Of a stretch of DNA of 64,000 bases, positions 1 to 8,261 are shown piece after piece (position 1 is the first letter of the stretch; each line of letters begins with the position of its first letter). The position numbers and the translations under genes are program-made. The stretch spans positions 30,692 to 94,691 of the forward strand of contig JAKPJZ010000034.1 of NCBI GenBank assembly GCA_029553955.1, written 5' to 3'. The notes beneath the pieces were generated by a model that made no database searches, was not told the DNA's origin, and was given only the letters and a program-made list of their open reading frames with translations. The DNA is from Chloroflexota bacterium (GTDB taxonomy: Bacteria > Chloroflexota > Anaerolineae > SpSt-313).

Positions 1-1873
1 CCCGCTCCAAGAGCGCCAGCGTGCGGTCGACCTGGGCGGGGCTTTTGCTCAACGTGCCGACGGCGAAAAAGTCGGCCACGCCCTGCTGCCCCAGCATGCG
101 CGCCACCACCTGGCGCGGCGCAAAGATCTTGCCCGCCAGCGTGCTGCCGAGGAAGATGCTGTTGTCGATCGTGATGCCGACCACGCGGAACCCGCGCTGG
201 CGGCGGCTCACCTCGATCTGCAGTTGATCGTCCACGCGAAAGCCGCGCGCTGCCGCCAGGTCGGCCGAGATGACGACCTCATCGGGCGCGCCGGCGGCGA
301 ACCAGCGCCCCTCCTGCAGTTGGGGCCGGTAGAGCTGCGTATCGGCAGCGACGCCCCACAGCCGGGCCTGCACGCCGTCGACCCAGCAGTTGGTGAGCGT
401 CCAGGCTTCGGCGGCGCGCACGCCGGGCACCATCTCGATCTGCCGGGCGAAACCGTCGCCTACGGGCCGGTTGAACCAGACCCAGGCATCGGCGTCGTAG
501 GTGGCAAAGGCTTCGGCGATGGCCCGATCGACCGACGCCCGCGTGCTCTGTGTCGCCAGGAACGCCGCGGCGGCCAGGGCGATGACCCCCACCGTCACCA
601 GGCTGCGGCCCCTGCGGCGCGTGAGGTTGCGCACGGCCATGGCCAGCGTCGGCGGCAGGAAGGCCAACTGGTGCAGCAGCCGGTCCAGCGCACCCCGCCC
701 AAAGGCCGACGAGATGCCGTAGCCGTTCAGGGCTGCGCGCACGGGGGTGCGGGCGCCGATCCAGGCGGGGATGAGCCCGGCGACGAGGGTCACCCCCAGG
801 CCCACCGCAGCGCCCAGGGCCAGGCCGCGCGGCGCCACGCGGAAGTGCACGGCCACGTTGCCCAGGCGAGCCACAATCCCCAGCAGCCACCAGCCCGCGA
901 CGGTTCCCAGGGCCAGCCCCAGCAGCGTCCCCGCCAGGCCGTAGGTGCCGGCCACGGCCATGTAGAGCTGCATCACCTGGCGGCGCCGGCCGCCCATGGC
1001 CTTGATGATGCCCACCTCGCGCACCTGCTCGGCCAGCAGCGCGAGCAGCGTGTTGATGACGAGAAAGCTGCTCACGCCCAGGCCCACGCACGAGAAGACG
1101 GTCAGCAGCACGAGGAGCGCGTCCAGCTCGCGCTTGCCCGGAAAGTTGAGCGCGTCGCGCACTATGGGCGTGCCGTGGGGCACCCCGCGGCTTTCGAGCA
1201 GGCGGTTGATGCGCTGGACCGTCTCCTGGGCGCGCGAGAGGTCGTAGACGCGCACCAGGAGCTGGTTGTAGCCCTCGGTGCCGAGCTGGCGGCGCACCTC
1301 GTTGGCCGGCGCATAGGCCCGTGTGATGCTGGTCAGCGTGGTGGCCAGGTAGCTGGGGCTGCGGCTAAAGCCCGAGATGGCCAGCGTGCGCTCGCGATGG
1401 TCCTGCCCGTCGCGGTATACGATATCGCCCTCGAGCTCCAGGGGGGCGATATCGCGCGCCGAGGCCTCGACGAGCACCTGGCCCGGCCCCGGCACGCGGC
1501 CCTCGGCGATGGTGAATTGGTTGAGCTGCACGGCGCCGAAATCGGGGATGCCGATCAGCTCCATGTCGCGCCACGAGGTGCCCACGCGCCACTTGGTGTA
1601 GTAGCTCACGCGCAGCTCGACCCGCTCGACGTTGGGCACCGCCGCAACCGCGCGCAGCAGCCCCGGAGCGGCGTTCCACACCCAGTAGTCGAGGTCGGCC
1701 TGCGAGGTATTGGCGTAGGTGTCGGCCTGCGCCTGGGCGACGTTCTCGCCCAGCGAAACGATGGCCACGAGCCCGGCCACGCCGATGCCGATGCCTACGA
1801 TGGTGAGCAGCGAGCGCAGCGGCCGGCGGACCAGGTCGCGCAGGGCTTTACGGACCAGACCCGACACATACAT
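1..1873 (-). CDS. ABC transporter permease, FtsX/MacB type with two FtsX modules; C-terminus lies beyond the window edge
   Basis: Absent from the ORF track because there is no stop inside the window. My reverse-strand reading from ATG (1873-1871) gives MYVSGLVRKALRDLVRRPLRSLLTIVGIGIGVAGLVAIV..., then ...LLAEQVREVGIIKAMGGRRRQVMQLY..., then a second module ...LAMAVRNLTRRRGRSLVTVGVIALAAAAF.... The frame stays open to position 1. Confidence 0.7.
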   Translation of the reverse strand, partial: MYVSGLVRKALRDLVRRPLRSLLTIVGIGIGVAGLVAIVSLGENVAQAQADTYANTSQADLDYWVWNAAPGLLRAVAAVPNVERVELRVSYYTKWRVGTSWRDMELIGIPDFGAVQLNQFTIAEGRVPGPGQVLVEASARDIAPLELEGDIVYRDGQDHRERTLAISGFSRSPSYLATTLTSITRAYAPANEVRRQLGTEGYNQLLVRVYDLSRAQETVQRINRLLESRGVPHGTPIVRDALNFPGKRELDALLVLLTVFSCVGLGVSSFLVINTLLALLAEQVREVGIIKAMGGRRRQVMQLYMAVAGTYGLAGTLLGLALGTVAGWWLLGIVARLGNVAVHFRVAPRGLALGAAVGLGVTLVAGLIPAWIGARTPVRAALNGYGISSAFGRGALDRLLHQLAFLPPTLAMAVRNLTRRRGRSLVTVGVIALAAAAFLATQSTRASVDRAIAEAFATYDADAWVWFNRPVGDGFARQIEMVPGVRAAEAWTLTNCWVDGVQARLWGVAADTQLYRPQLQEGRWFAAGAPDEVVISADLAAARGFRVDDQLQIEVSRRQRGFRVVGITIDNSIFLGSTLAGKIFAPRQVVARMLGQQGVADFFAVGTLSKSPAQVDRTLALLER

Positions 1874-1959
1874 AGAGCGATTCTATCTTTCTCAGCGTGG
1901 CAGCGGTCAGAAGCCGGACATCATGCCCCAAGGGCGCCACGAACGATGAAAACGGGTTT

Positions 1960-2012
1960 TTCTCCACAGAGGGCACAGAGGCCACAGAGATCACTCATTC
2001 CTCTGTGGTGAA
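1960..2012. repeat. Hairpin built from short tandem units (CCACAGAGG-GCACAGAGG-CCACAGAG ... CTCTGTGG)
   Basis: Direct reading. Related CACRRAGG-type elements occur at 8185-8236, 33834-33895, 40795-40862 and 51903-51952. Confidence 0.6.
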
Positions 2013-2030
2013 CCGGAGCGCCGTTTTCAG

Positions 2031-2225
2031 GTCAGCCGCAGCGAAGCAATGACAGGACCGAGTTTCTCAGCAGAACCCCATGCCGCCGTGCGGCATGGGG
2101 AAGCGCAGAAACCACTGCTGTCATTGATTCGTCGGCTGCGGCCTCCTCGCAATGACAGCAGTAGTTTCTGTGCTTGCCCAGGCTGCACCGCGGCCTGGGG
2201 CGCTCGCAATGATGGGATAAGCAGT
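2031..2225. repeat. GTCATTGCGAG / GCAATC-type nested palindromic repeat cluster (MITE/REP-like)
   Basis: Contains GCGAAGCAATGACAG, TGTCATTGATTC, CCTCCTCGCAATGACAG and CGCTCGCAATGAT. The same modules recur at 13241-13465, 20150-20272 and 37847-38095. Confidence 0.7.
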
Positions 2226-2311
2226 CGCACTGTGTGAGGCATTATACCATCGGCGGCCACAACTGCGAAAGCGGCGCGACGGTGCGCAACGGGTCTGTGC
2301 ATTTGCACAAC

Positions 2312-2340
2312 TTTACCCACGTGTTGAGGCATGGTATAAT
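2312..2340 (+). promoter_or_regulatory. Sigma-70-type promoter with extended -10 (TTTACC-N17-TATAAT, TG at -15/-14)
   Basis: TGGTATAAT at 2332-2340 stands out in a very GC-rich context, 90 nt upstream of the 2430 CDS. Confidence 0.5.
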
Positions 2341-2429
2341 CGCGCAAGGCCGACCGGCGGGCGCTGCCGGCCGCGAGGCTGTATGCCCACGAAGAGCGTG
2401 GGGAACGGGACACGGGAGCAGGGACCCCG

Positions 2430-3296
2430 ATGGTGGATATCGTGAAGGCCAAGGCGCCAGAGGCGCTGCTCGCTGCGCTGCATTCCGACGACCCCCAGGT
2501 GCGCTGGCGGGCGATGGCGGGCCTGGCCAAGGTGCGCATTCCCCAGGTCGCCAAGGCGTTGGGTGAAGCACTGCATGACCCTGAGCCGTTCGTGCGCTGG
2601 AGCGCCGCTCAGGCGCTGGGCGAAGTGGCCAGGCACGGCAGCGACCGGGCCGTGCCGGTGACGGTGGGCCGCGTCTTGCGGCAGGCGGCGCGAGATGGCG
2701 ACCCGGGCGTGCGCGCCTCGGCTGCTGACGGCATCGCTGCCTGGGGTCCCGGGGCGCCGCTCGAGCCGGTGCTGAACCTGGCCCGCGATGACCAGCCCGG
2801 TGTGCGCGCAGCGGCGATGCGGGCGCTTGGCTTGGCTGGCAGCCGGGCGGCGCACGTGGTGGGCCCGGCGCTCCTGCTCGGCCTCGAAGATGCCGACGCC
2901 GAGGTACGGCGCATGGCGGCGGGTGCCATTGCCTGGTGTCGCGACGGCGCCGGCCCTTCGGCGCTCGTGCTGCGCCTGAGCGACCCGGCCGGCACCGTGC
3001 GCGCCGCGGCGCTGCGCGCCCTCTCGCGGGTGAGCGCCGGAGAGCACGAGGCGGTTGTGCTCCCCCTGCTGCAGGATGCGGACCCGGCGGTGCGCGCCGA
3101 GGCGGTGCGCTTTCTCAGCCTGTGGGGCACTCAGCTTGCGCTGGCGCCGTTGGCGGCTTTGGAGCAGGATGCGGCGCCGCTGGGCGAGTCAACCATCGGC
3201 ACACTGGCGGCCGATGCCCGCCGGCACATCGCGCGCCGCCTGCACCGTTGGCGCGGCTGGTTCTGGCGGCTCTGGGAGCGGTGGCAGCGGCGCTAG
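2430..3296 (+). CDS. HEAT-repeat (PBS-lyase-type) protein
   Basis: Seven or more repeats of the D-x-x-x-x-VR-x-x-A-x-x-AL type, including DPQVRWRAMAGL, DPEPFVRWSAAQALG, DPGVRASAADGI, QPGVRAAAMRALG, DAEVRRMAAGAI, GTVRAAALRALS and DPAVRAEAVRFL. Confidence 0.8.
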   Translation: MVDIVKAKAPEALLAALHSDDPQVRWRAMAGLAKVRIPQVAKALGEALHDPEPFVRWSAAQALGEVARHGSDRAVPVTVGRVLRQAARDGDPGVRASAADGIAAWGPGAPLEPVLNLARDDQPGVRAAAMRALGLAGSRAAHVVGPALLLGLEDADAEVRRMAAGAIAWCRDGAGPSALVLRLSDPAGTVRAAALRALSRVSAGEHEAVVLPLLQDADPAVRAEAVRFLSLWGTQLALAPLAALEQDAAPLGESTIGTLAADARRHIARRLHRWRGWFWRLWERWQRR

Positions 3297-3487
3297 GTTC
3301 GTAGTGCTCGCTTGAGCGCCCTGACCCGGGTCAGGGCCGGGCGCACGAGGGCATGTGTCTGTGCAGGCTTGTCGGCGCCCAAGGGGTGGCAGCGGAGCGG
3401 AGAACCCGGCCAGCACACGGGTGCCCCACAACTGTGGGATATACCCAGCCTGCAGGGTCAAGCGGGCTACGGTTCTGGAAGATTGGG

Positions 3488-3763
3488 ATGAGCGAGGGCA
3501 CGGTGCCAAGCAGCCACATGGACTCGGCGTCTGCCGGCGGGGCGCTGCACGGATTCCCCGTCGCCCTGGCTCGCCGCGGCCTGCAGGCGCCTGCCCTCTT
3601 CCTGCTCGATGTGGCGCAGCCCTTCCGCCTGCTCATCCAGCAGGCGCTCCTGGTGGCGCATCCGCTGCTCTCGCCCTGGGCCGGCGAACGGCTGCTCCAC
3701 TGGGCTGATGCCCTGCAGGATGATGAGGCGCTCGAAGCGGCGAGGCAGGAGCTGGAGTCCTGA
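3488..3763 (+). CDS. Small hypothetical protein (92 aa)
   Basis: Internal ATG of track ORF 3353..3763 (MSEGTVPSS...). Non-repetitive composition. Ends 4 nt before the tandem array. No family recognised. Confidence 0.35.
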   Translation: MSEGTVPSSHMDSASAGGALHGFPVALARRGLQAPALFLLDVAQPFRLLIQQALLVAHPLLSPWAGERLLHWADALQDDEALEAARQELES

Positions 3764-3767
3764 CCGG

Positions 3768-4285
3768 CCCCAACAAGTTGGGGAGTCCGGGTGGGGAACG
3801 CCCCAACAAGCTGGGGAGTCCGGGTGAGGAACGCCCCAACAAGCTGGGGAGCCCGGGTGGGGAACGCCCCAACAGGTTGGGGAGTCCGGGTGAGGAACGC
3901 CCAACAAGTTGGGGAGTCCGGGTGAGGAACGCCCCAACAAGCTGGGGAGTCCGGGTGAGGAACGCCCCAACAAGTTGGGGAGTCCGGGTGAGGAACGCCC
4001 CAACAAGTTGGGGGGTCCGGGTGAGGAACGCCCCAACAAGTTGGGGAGTCCGGGTGGGGAACGCCCCAACAAGTTGGGGAGTCCGGGTGGGGAACGCCCA
4101 ACAAGTTGGGGAGTCCGGGTGGGGAACGCCCCAACAAGCTGGGGAGTCCGGGTGAGGAACGCCCCAACAAGTTGGGGAGTCCGGGTGAGGAACGCCCCAA
4201 CAAGCTGGGGAGTCCGGGTGAGGAACGCCCCAACAAGCTGGGGAGTCCGGGTGAGGAACGCCCCAACAAGTTGGGGAGTCCGGGT
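3768..4285. repeat. Tandem array of 16 units of a 33-nt hairpin-containing repeat (CCCCAACAAGTTGGGGAGTCCGGGTGAGGAACG)
   Basis: Unit starts: 3768, 3801, 3834, 3867, 3900, 3932, 3965, 3998, 4031, 4064, 4097, 4129, 4162, 4195, 4228, 4261. Two units (3900, 4097) are 32 nt. Units abut with no spacers. Each unit holds the palindrome CCCCAAC-AA-GTTGGGG. Confidence 0.95.
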
Positions 4286-4294
4286 TGGAGGCGC

Positions 4295-5086
4295 ATGAAC
4301 GTCGTCTCGCAGTTCTGGGAGGCCACCGACATTTCGGTGGAGGGCGTGTGGGCCCTCGCCGGCCTGGGGCTCTTTGCGCTCCTCTTCATCGCATTGACCC
4401 TGCGCGCCAGGCTCGGTCGCCCCTTCGCCATTCGCCCCCTGGCGGCTGCCGAGTGCATCCGCGCCGCGTTCGCGCGTGCCACCGAGACGGGCGAGGCGAT
4501 GCAGGTGGCGTTGGGCTCCGGCGGCCTGGGCGATCCGAGCACCGCCGATACGCTGGCGGGCCTCTATCTGACCTCGTACCTGGCACGGCGTGCAGCGCTG
4601 GCCGAGGTGCCCGTGCGCGTGCGCGTGGCCGAGGCGACGGCGCTGGCCGGGGCGCTGGCCGCCATGCAGCACAGCGCCGTCTCCACTGGCTATCCCGAGG
4701 CCTTTGACCCCGGCCAGGTGGAGTTTGTGGCGCCGCAGCCGCTGGCCTATGCCGCGGGTGTCGCGGCGGCCATCCACCGCGAGCCGCTGGTGGCCAATGC
4801 CATGGTGGGCCGCTATGGCGCCGAGGTGCTGCTGCCCGGCCAGGCCGGAGTGGCGCAGGGGCTGGTGCAGGTGGGTGGGACGAGCGATCCGACCGCGCTG
4901 CCCCTTTTTGTGGCGACGGTGCAGGCACCGCTCCTCGGTGAGGAGATCTATGCGCTGGGCGCCGCGCTGGGCCGGCATGAGCACACCGGCAGCCTGGCGA
5001 CACAGGACGTGTTCCGCGCCCTGATCGCGTTCGGGATTCTGCTGGCGGCCGTTTTGGGCGTATTGGGGATAAGGCTTGCCGGCTAG
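4295..5086 (+). CDS. Hypothetical membrane protein (N- and C-terminal TM helices)
   Basis: ATG at 4295 (MNVVSQFWEATDISVEGVWALAGLGLFALLFIAL...) inside track ORF 4106..5086. The upstream part of that ORF is only repeat-array translation. Confidence 0.6.
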   Translation: MNVVSQFWEATDISVEGVWALAGLGLFALLFIALTLRARLGRPFAIRPLAAAECIRAAFARATETGEAMQVALGSGGLGDPSTADTLAGLYLTSYLARRAALAEVPVRVRVAEATALAGALAAMQHSAVSTGYPEAFDPGQVEFVAPQPLAYAAGVAAAIHREPLVANAMVGRYGAEVLLPGQAGVAQGLVQVGGTSDPTALPLFVATVQAPLLGEEIYALGAALGRHEHTGSLATQDVFRALIAFGILLAAVLGVLGIRLAG

Positions 5087-5248
5087 TGCTTGACTGCGCA
5101 AGTTCAAAGAGGCGTGCTATCCGGGCCTAGCGCTTCGCACGGGGCCGGAGTGAAACCTTCTGGGGGGGCGCGGAGCAGGGGAGCCGGCTGTTGCCGGGTG
5201 CGATCCTGCCAGGCACGCTTGTCGTATTGAGCGCCAACTACGAACCTG

Positions 5249-5860
5249 GTGGAGGAAGGCATGAGGCGCGTCTTGCCGGGGCTCGTCGCCCTGGGTGCGG
5301 GCGTGATCATCCTGCTCGACTATCTGCTCGAGCACCCGCTGCTCGATATGCTGGGCGGCTATCTGCTCGATGGCGCGGTCATCCTTGGCGCCTGTGCCCT
5401 CCTCCTGGGGCTGATGAACCTGCTGCTCGTGAACGAGCGCCGCATCCGCCGCCGCGAGCGCGGCTGGGGCGCGAGCGCTGTCATCCTGGTGAGCGCGCTG
5501 GCGAGCCTGGGCCTCGGCCTCGTTGCCTGGCAGACGCCTGCCTGGGCCTGGTTCTACCGCTCGGTGCTCTTTCCCCTGGAGGCCGGCGCCGGCGCGCTGC
5601 TCGCCTTTGCTGTGGCCGGCGCGGCTGTGCGCACCTGGCGCTTTGGCAGCGTGGAGGGCGCGCTGCTCTTGGTGGTGGGGCTGGTCGTGCTGCTGGGCAG
5701 CTTGCCCCTCGGCGGGCTGCAGGTGCTGGCGCCGCTGCGCGATTGGATCATGGCGGTGCCGGTGTTGGCCGCTGTGCGCGGCATTCTGCTGGGCGTGGCC
5801 CTGGGGGTGGTGGCCACGGGCCTGCGGGTCCTGGTCGGGGTCGACCGTCCCTATGAATAA
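5249..5860 (+). CDS. Hypothetical polytopic membrane protein
   Basis: 203-aa ORF with several hydrophobic helices (LVALGAGVIILLDYLL, AVILGACALLLGLMNLLLV, LLLVVGLVVLLGSLPLGGL...). Confidence 0.6.
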   Translation: MEEGMRRVLPGLVALGAGVIILLDYLLEHPLLDMLGGYLLDGAVILGACALLLGLMNLLLVNERRIRRRERGWGASAVILVSALASLGLGLVAWQTPAWAWFYRSVLFPLEAGAGALLAFAVAGAAVRTWRFGSVEGALLLVVGLVVLLGSLPLGGLQVLAPLRDWIMAVPVLAAVRGILLGVALGVVATGLRVLVGVDRPYE

Positions 5861-5967
5861 GATGGTGGTTCAGCGGAGTGCTCTTGGTGGGCGTCGGAGC
5901 CGAAAGCCGTTGCGGCCGGTGAGCAGGCGCGGCAGGCCTGCGGCTGAGCGGCAGGGGGCATAAGACG

Positions 5968-7380
5968 ATGATTTACTGCTCTGGGTGCGGCACGGCAAAC
6001 CGGGAGGGCAGCCGTTTCTGCAACGAGTGTGGCCAGCGGCTGGTCGCCGAGGCGCCTGTCCCCTGCCCCCGGTGTGGCGCCGCCAACCCGCACGATGCAG
6101 CCCACTGCCAGGCGTGTGGCTTCGACCTGGCGCGCGCCAGAAACGGCATGGCACACGCCCCGACGGCCCATGTGCCGGGGCAGCACGAACCGGCCGAAGG
6201 GGCGCAGCCCGAGGGCGAAGAGCCTGCCACTCGCGACGCCGGGCTGCCACCTTGGCTCGACAGCGTCGAGAGGGCGGCGCTGGGCAGCGCACCCCGCAGG
6301 GCGGCGCTCGACGATCTGGTCGACCTGGAGGCCGAGCGCCTCGAGGCGCTGCCCCGGCCCGGAGGCTGGTCGCCCGAGGCCATCCCCATCGAACCGATCG
6401 TCGGTGTGCCCTATCGCGCCTACGAGCGCGCCCAGTTGCCCGCGACTCCCGAACAAGGCCACGCCGCCGCGCTCTTTGGCCAAGCCGCGGCCGAGGAGGT
6501 CCAGGCAGACCCCCGCGACGTCCCCGAGCCGCGTCGTGCCTCTGGGCTGCGCCCGTGGCCCCGGCGCCTTCTGGCCCTGGCCCTGCTTGCGGCGCTCCTC
6601 GTGCCCACCCTCTGGCCGGGAGGGGTGCTGGGCGCCGCCACCGCCTCGGCCTCGGCTGCAGCAGCCGCGGCGACGATCGATGCGCTGCCGCCGGGCGCGC
6701 CCGTCCTGGTGGCTTTTGAGTACGATGCCGGCATAGCCGGTGACCTGCAGCCGGCGGCCGAGGCCTACCTGCGCCACCTGCTGAACCATGGTGCGCGCCT
6801 CATCCTGGTCAGCACGCAGCCCGAGGGCGCGGCCCTCGCCGGCATGGCGCTCGACCGCGTGCTGCCGGCCTACCCAGAGGCGCGCTCTGGCGAGTCGGTC
6901 GTGCACCTGGGCTATGTGGCCGGCGGCGATGCGGCTGTGCGGGCCTTGACTCTGAGGATTGCCGGGCGTGCCGGTGCCGACTATCGCACCGGCACGCCAC
7001 TCGGCGAGGCGCCTCTGCTGCAGGGCATCGGCGGCGCGCGCCAGTTGCCGCTGATCGTCGTTCTGGGTGGCGACCTCACCCTGCTGCGCCGCTGGATCGA
7101 GCAGGCCGCCGCTCCCTACAGCGTGCCGCTTGTCGCCGGCGTGCCCATGCAGGTTGCCCCGGCGCTCGAGCCGTACTGGACGGCGGGCCAACTGCGCGGC
7201 GTAGTGGCCGGCGTCTCGGGCGCCGCTGCCTACGAACAACTGACATTGAGCCCCGCGCCGGCCGCACGCAGCGTGGCCGCCCTGCGCGTGGGCGTGTGGG
7301 CCGTCGCTGCCGCCGTTGTGCTGGGCAATCTCTGGACGTTCGTCGATTGGATACGCCGGCGGCGATCGCGTGATGCGTGA
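5968..7380 (+). CDS. Double zinc-ribbon protein with membrane-anchored extracytoplasmic domain
   Basis: N-terminus MIYCSGCGTANREGSRFCNECG...CPRCGAANPHDAAHCQACG has two CxxC...CxxC ribbons. An internal TM (LLALALLAALLVPTLW) and a C-terminal TM (VGVWAVAAAVVLGNLW) are present. Confidence 0.7.
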   Translation: MIYCSGCGTANREGSRFCNECGQRLVAEAPVPCPRCGAANPHDAAHCQACGFDLARARNGMAHAPTAHVPGQHEPAEGAQPEGEEPATRDAGLPPWLDSVERAALGSAPRRAALDDLVDLEAERLEALPRPGGWSPEAIPIEPIVGVPYRAYERAQLPATPEQGHAAALFGQAAAEEVQADPRDVPEPRRASGLRPWPRRLLALALLAALLVPTLWPGGVLGAATASASAAAAAATIDALPPGAPVLVAFEYDAGIAGDLQPAAEAYLRHLLNHGARLILVSTQPEGAALAGMALDRVLPAYPEARSGESVVHLGYVAGGDAAVRALTLRIAGRAGADYRTGTPLGEAPLLQGIGGARQLPLIVVLGGDLTLLRRWIEQAAAPYSVPLVAGVPMQVAPALEPYWTAGQLRGVVAGVSGAAAYEQLTLSPAPAARSVAALRVGVWAVAAAVVLGNLWTFVDWIRRRRSRDA

Positions 7381-7473
7381 AACGTGATGCGTAATGCGTA
7401 AGGTCTGTGCTTCCAGCCGTAGTGCTCTGCGCAGACGTGTCACGCATTACGCATCACGTTTCACGCATCACGC
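7368..7473. repeat. Perfect 32-bp inverted repeat built of GCGTRAT-type short units, with a 42-nt loop
   Basis: Left arm 7368-7399 (GCGTGATGCGTGAAACGTGATGCGTAATGCGT) is the exact reverse complement of right arm 7442-7473. The left arm overlaps the last codons and stop of the 5968 CDS. A homologous element lies at 11050-11178. Confidence 0.9.
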
Positions 7474-7491
7474 AGTACGAGGAGGACATAC

Positions 7492-8175
7492 ATGCCTGCT
7501 TGGCCGGGCCTGTCTGCTGAGGCGGTGGGCATCTGGGTTGCCGCGCTGCTGACCCTGGTGATGCTGAGCGCTGCATTCGGCGAGAACTGCATCTCGCGCC
7601 TTGGCATGGCCCTGCTCGCTGGCGCCGGCGTGGGCTATGCGGGGGCGATGGCCTGGCAGGCCGTGCTCTGGCCGCGCATCCTCCTCGTCAGCCGGGACCC
7701 GGCGCAGCACTGGCCGCTCCTGATCTGGTTCGCCCTGGGCCTGCTGCTGCTGGCGCGCGGCCTGAGCTCGGCGTCGTGGCTCAGCAACGTGTCGCTGGCC
7801 TATCTCCTTGGCGTGGGCGCGGCCCTGGCGATTGGTGGGGCGCTCGTAGGCACCCTGCTGCCTCAGCTCGTCGCCGCCGCGACGCCGCAGGGCGCCACGG
7901 CCGAGGGCGGCTGGCTCGTCGCGGCCAATGCCTTGCTCATCGCGGTGGGCACGGGCGGCGTGCTCTTTCGCTTTGCCTACACCGGCTGGAGCGGTGAGGG
8001 TGCAGTGGGCAAGCTGTGGGTGCGCCTCAGCGGTGCCTGGGGCCAGGTTGGCTATGGCTTTGTCGTGGTGGCCATGGGGGCGTTCTTTGCCACCGCCGGC
8101 ATCACGTCGCTGGCCCTGCTCGCCGCGCGCCTCGAGTTCCTGGCGGTCGACTGGCTGCACCTGGTTACACGTTAG
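7492..8175 (+). CDS. Hypothetical polytopic membrane protein
   Basis: 227-aa hydrophobic ORF. GAGGAGG lies 7 nt upstream of the ATG. Confidence 0.6.
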   Translation: MPAWPGLSAEAVGIWVAALLTLVMLSAAFGENCISRLGMALLAGAGVGYAGAMAWQAVLWPRILLVSRDPAQHWPLLIWFALGLLLLARGLSSASWLSNVSLAYLLGVGAALAIGGALVGTLLPQLVAAATPQGATAEGGWLVAANALLIAVGTGGVLFRFAYTGWSGEGAVGKLWVRLSGAWGQVGYGFVVVAMGAFFATAGITSLALLAARLEFLAVDWLHLVTR

Positions 8176-8261
8176 GGGGCGCTGCACCGCAGAGGCGCAG
8201 AGAACACGGAGGCGAATGACCAAGGAATCTGCGGTCATCCTGTTGCAGATAGTGAGCGTGT

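Noticed and set aside
224-2011. 595-aa plus-strand ORF
   Set aside because: Antisense to a recognisable FtsX permease. Composition is dominated by R/G/A/H/P/Q with no motifs. Typical high-GC shadow ORF.
3768-4285. CRISPR array
   Set aside because: Repeat units abut with no spacers, the period equals the repeat length (33 nt), and no cas genes are in the window.
3331-5107. 403-aa and 546-aa minus-strand ORFs running through the tandem array (…PDSPTCWGVPH… repeats)
   Set aside because: Their repeat 'domains' are just the 33-nt array read backwards. The remainder is antisense to the 4295 membrane-protein gene and R/G/P-rich.
5851-7443. 530-aa minus-strand ORF
   Set aside because: Antisense shadow of the zinc-ribbon protein gene, with low-complexity R/G/A composition.
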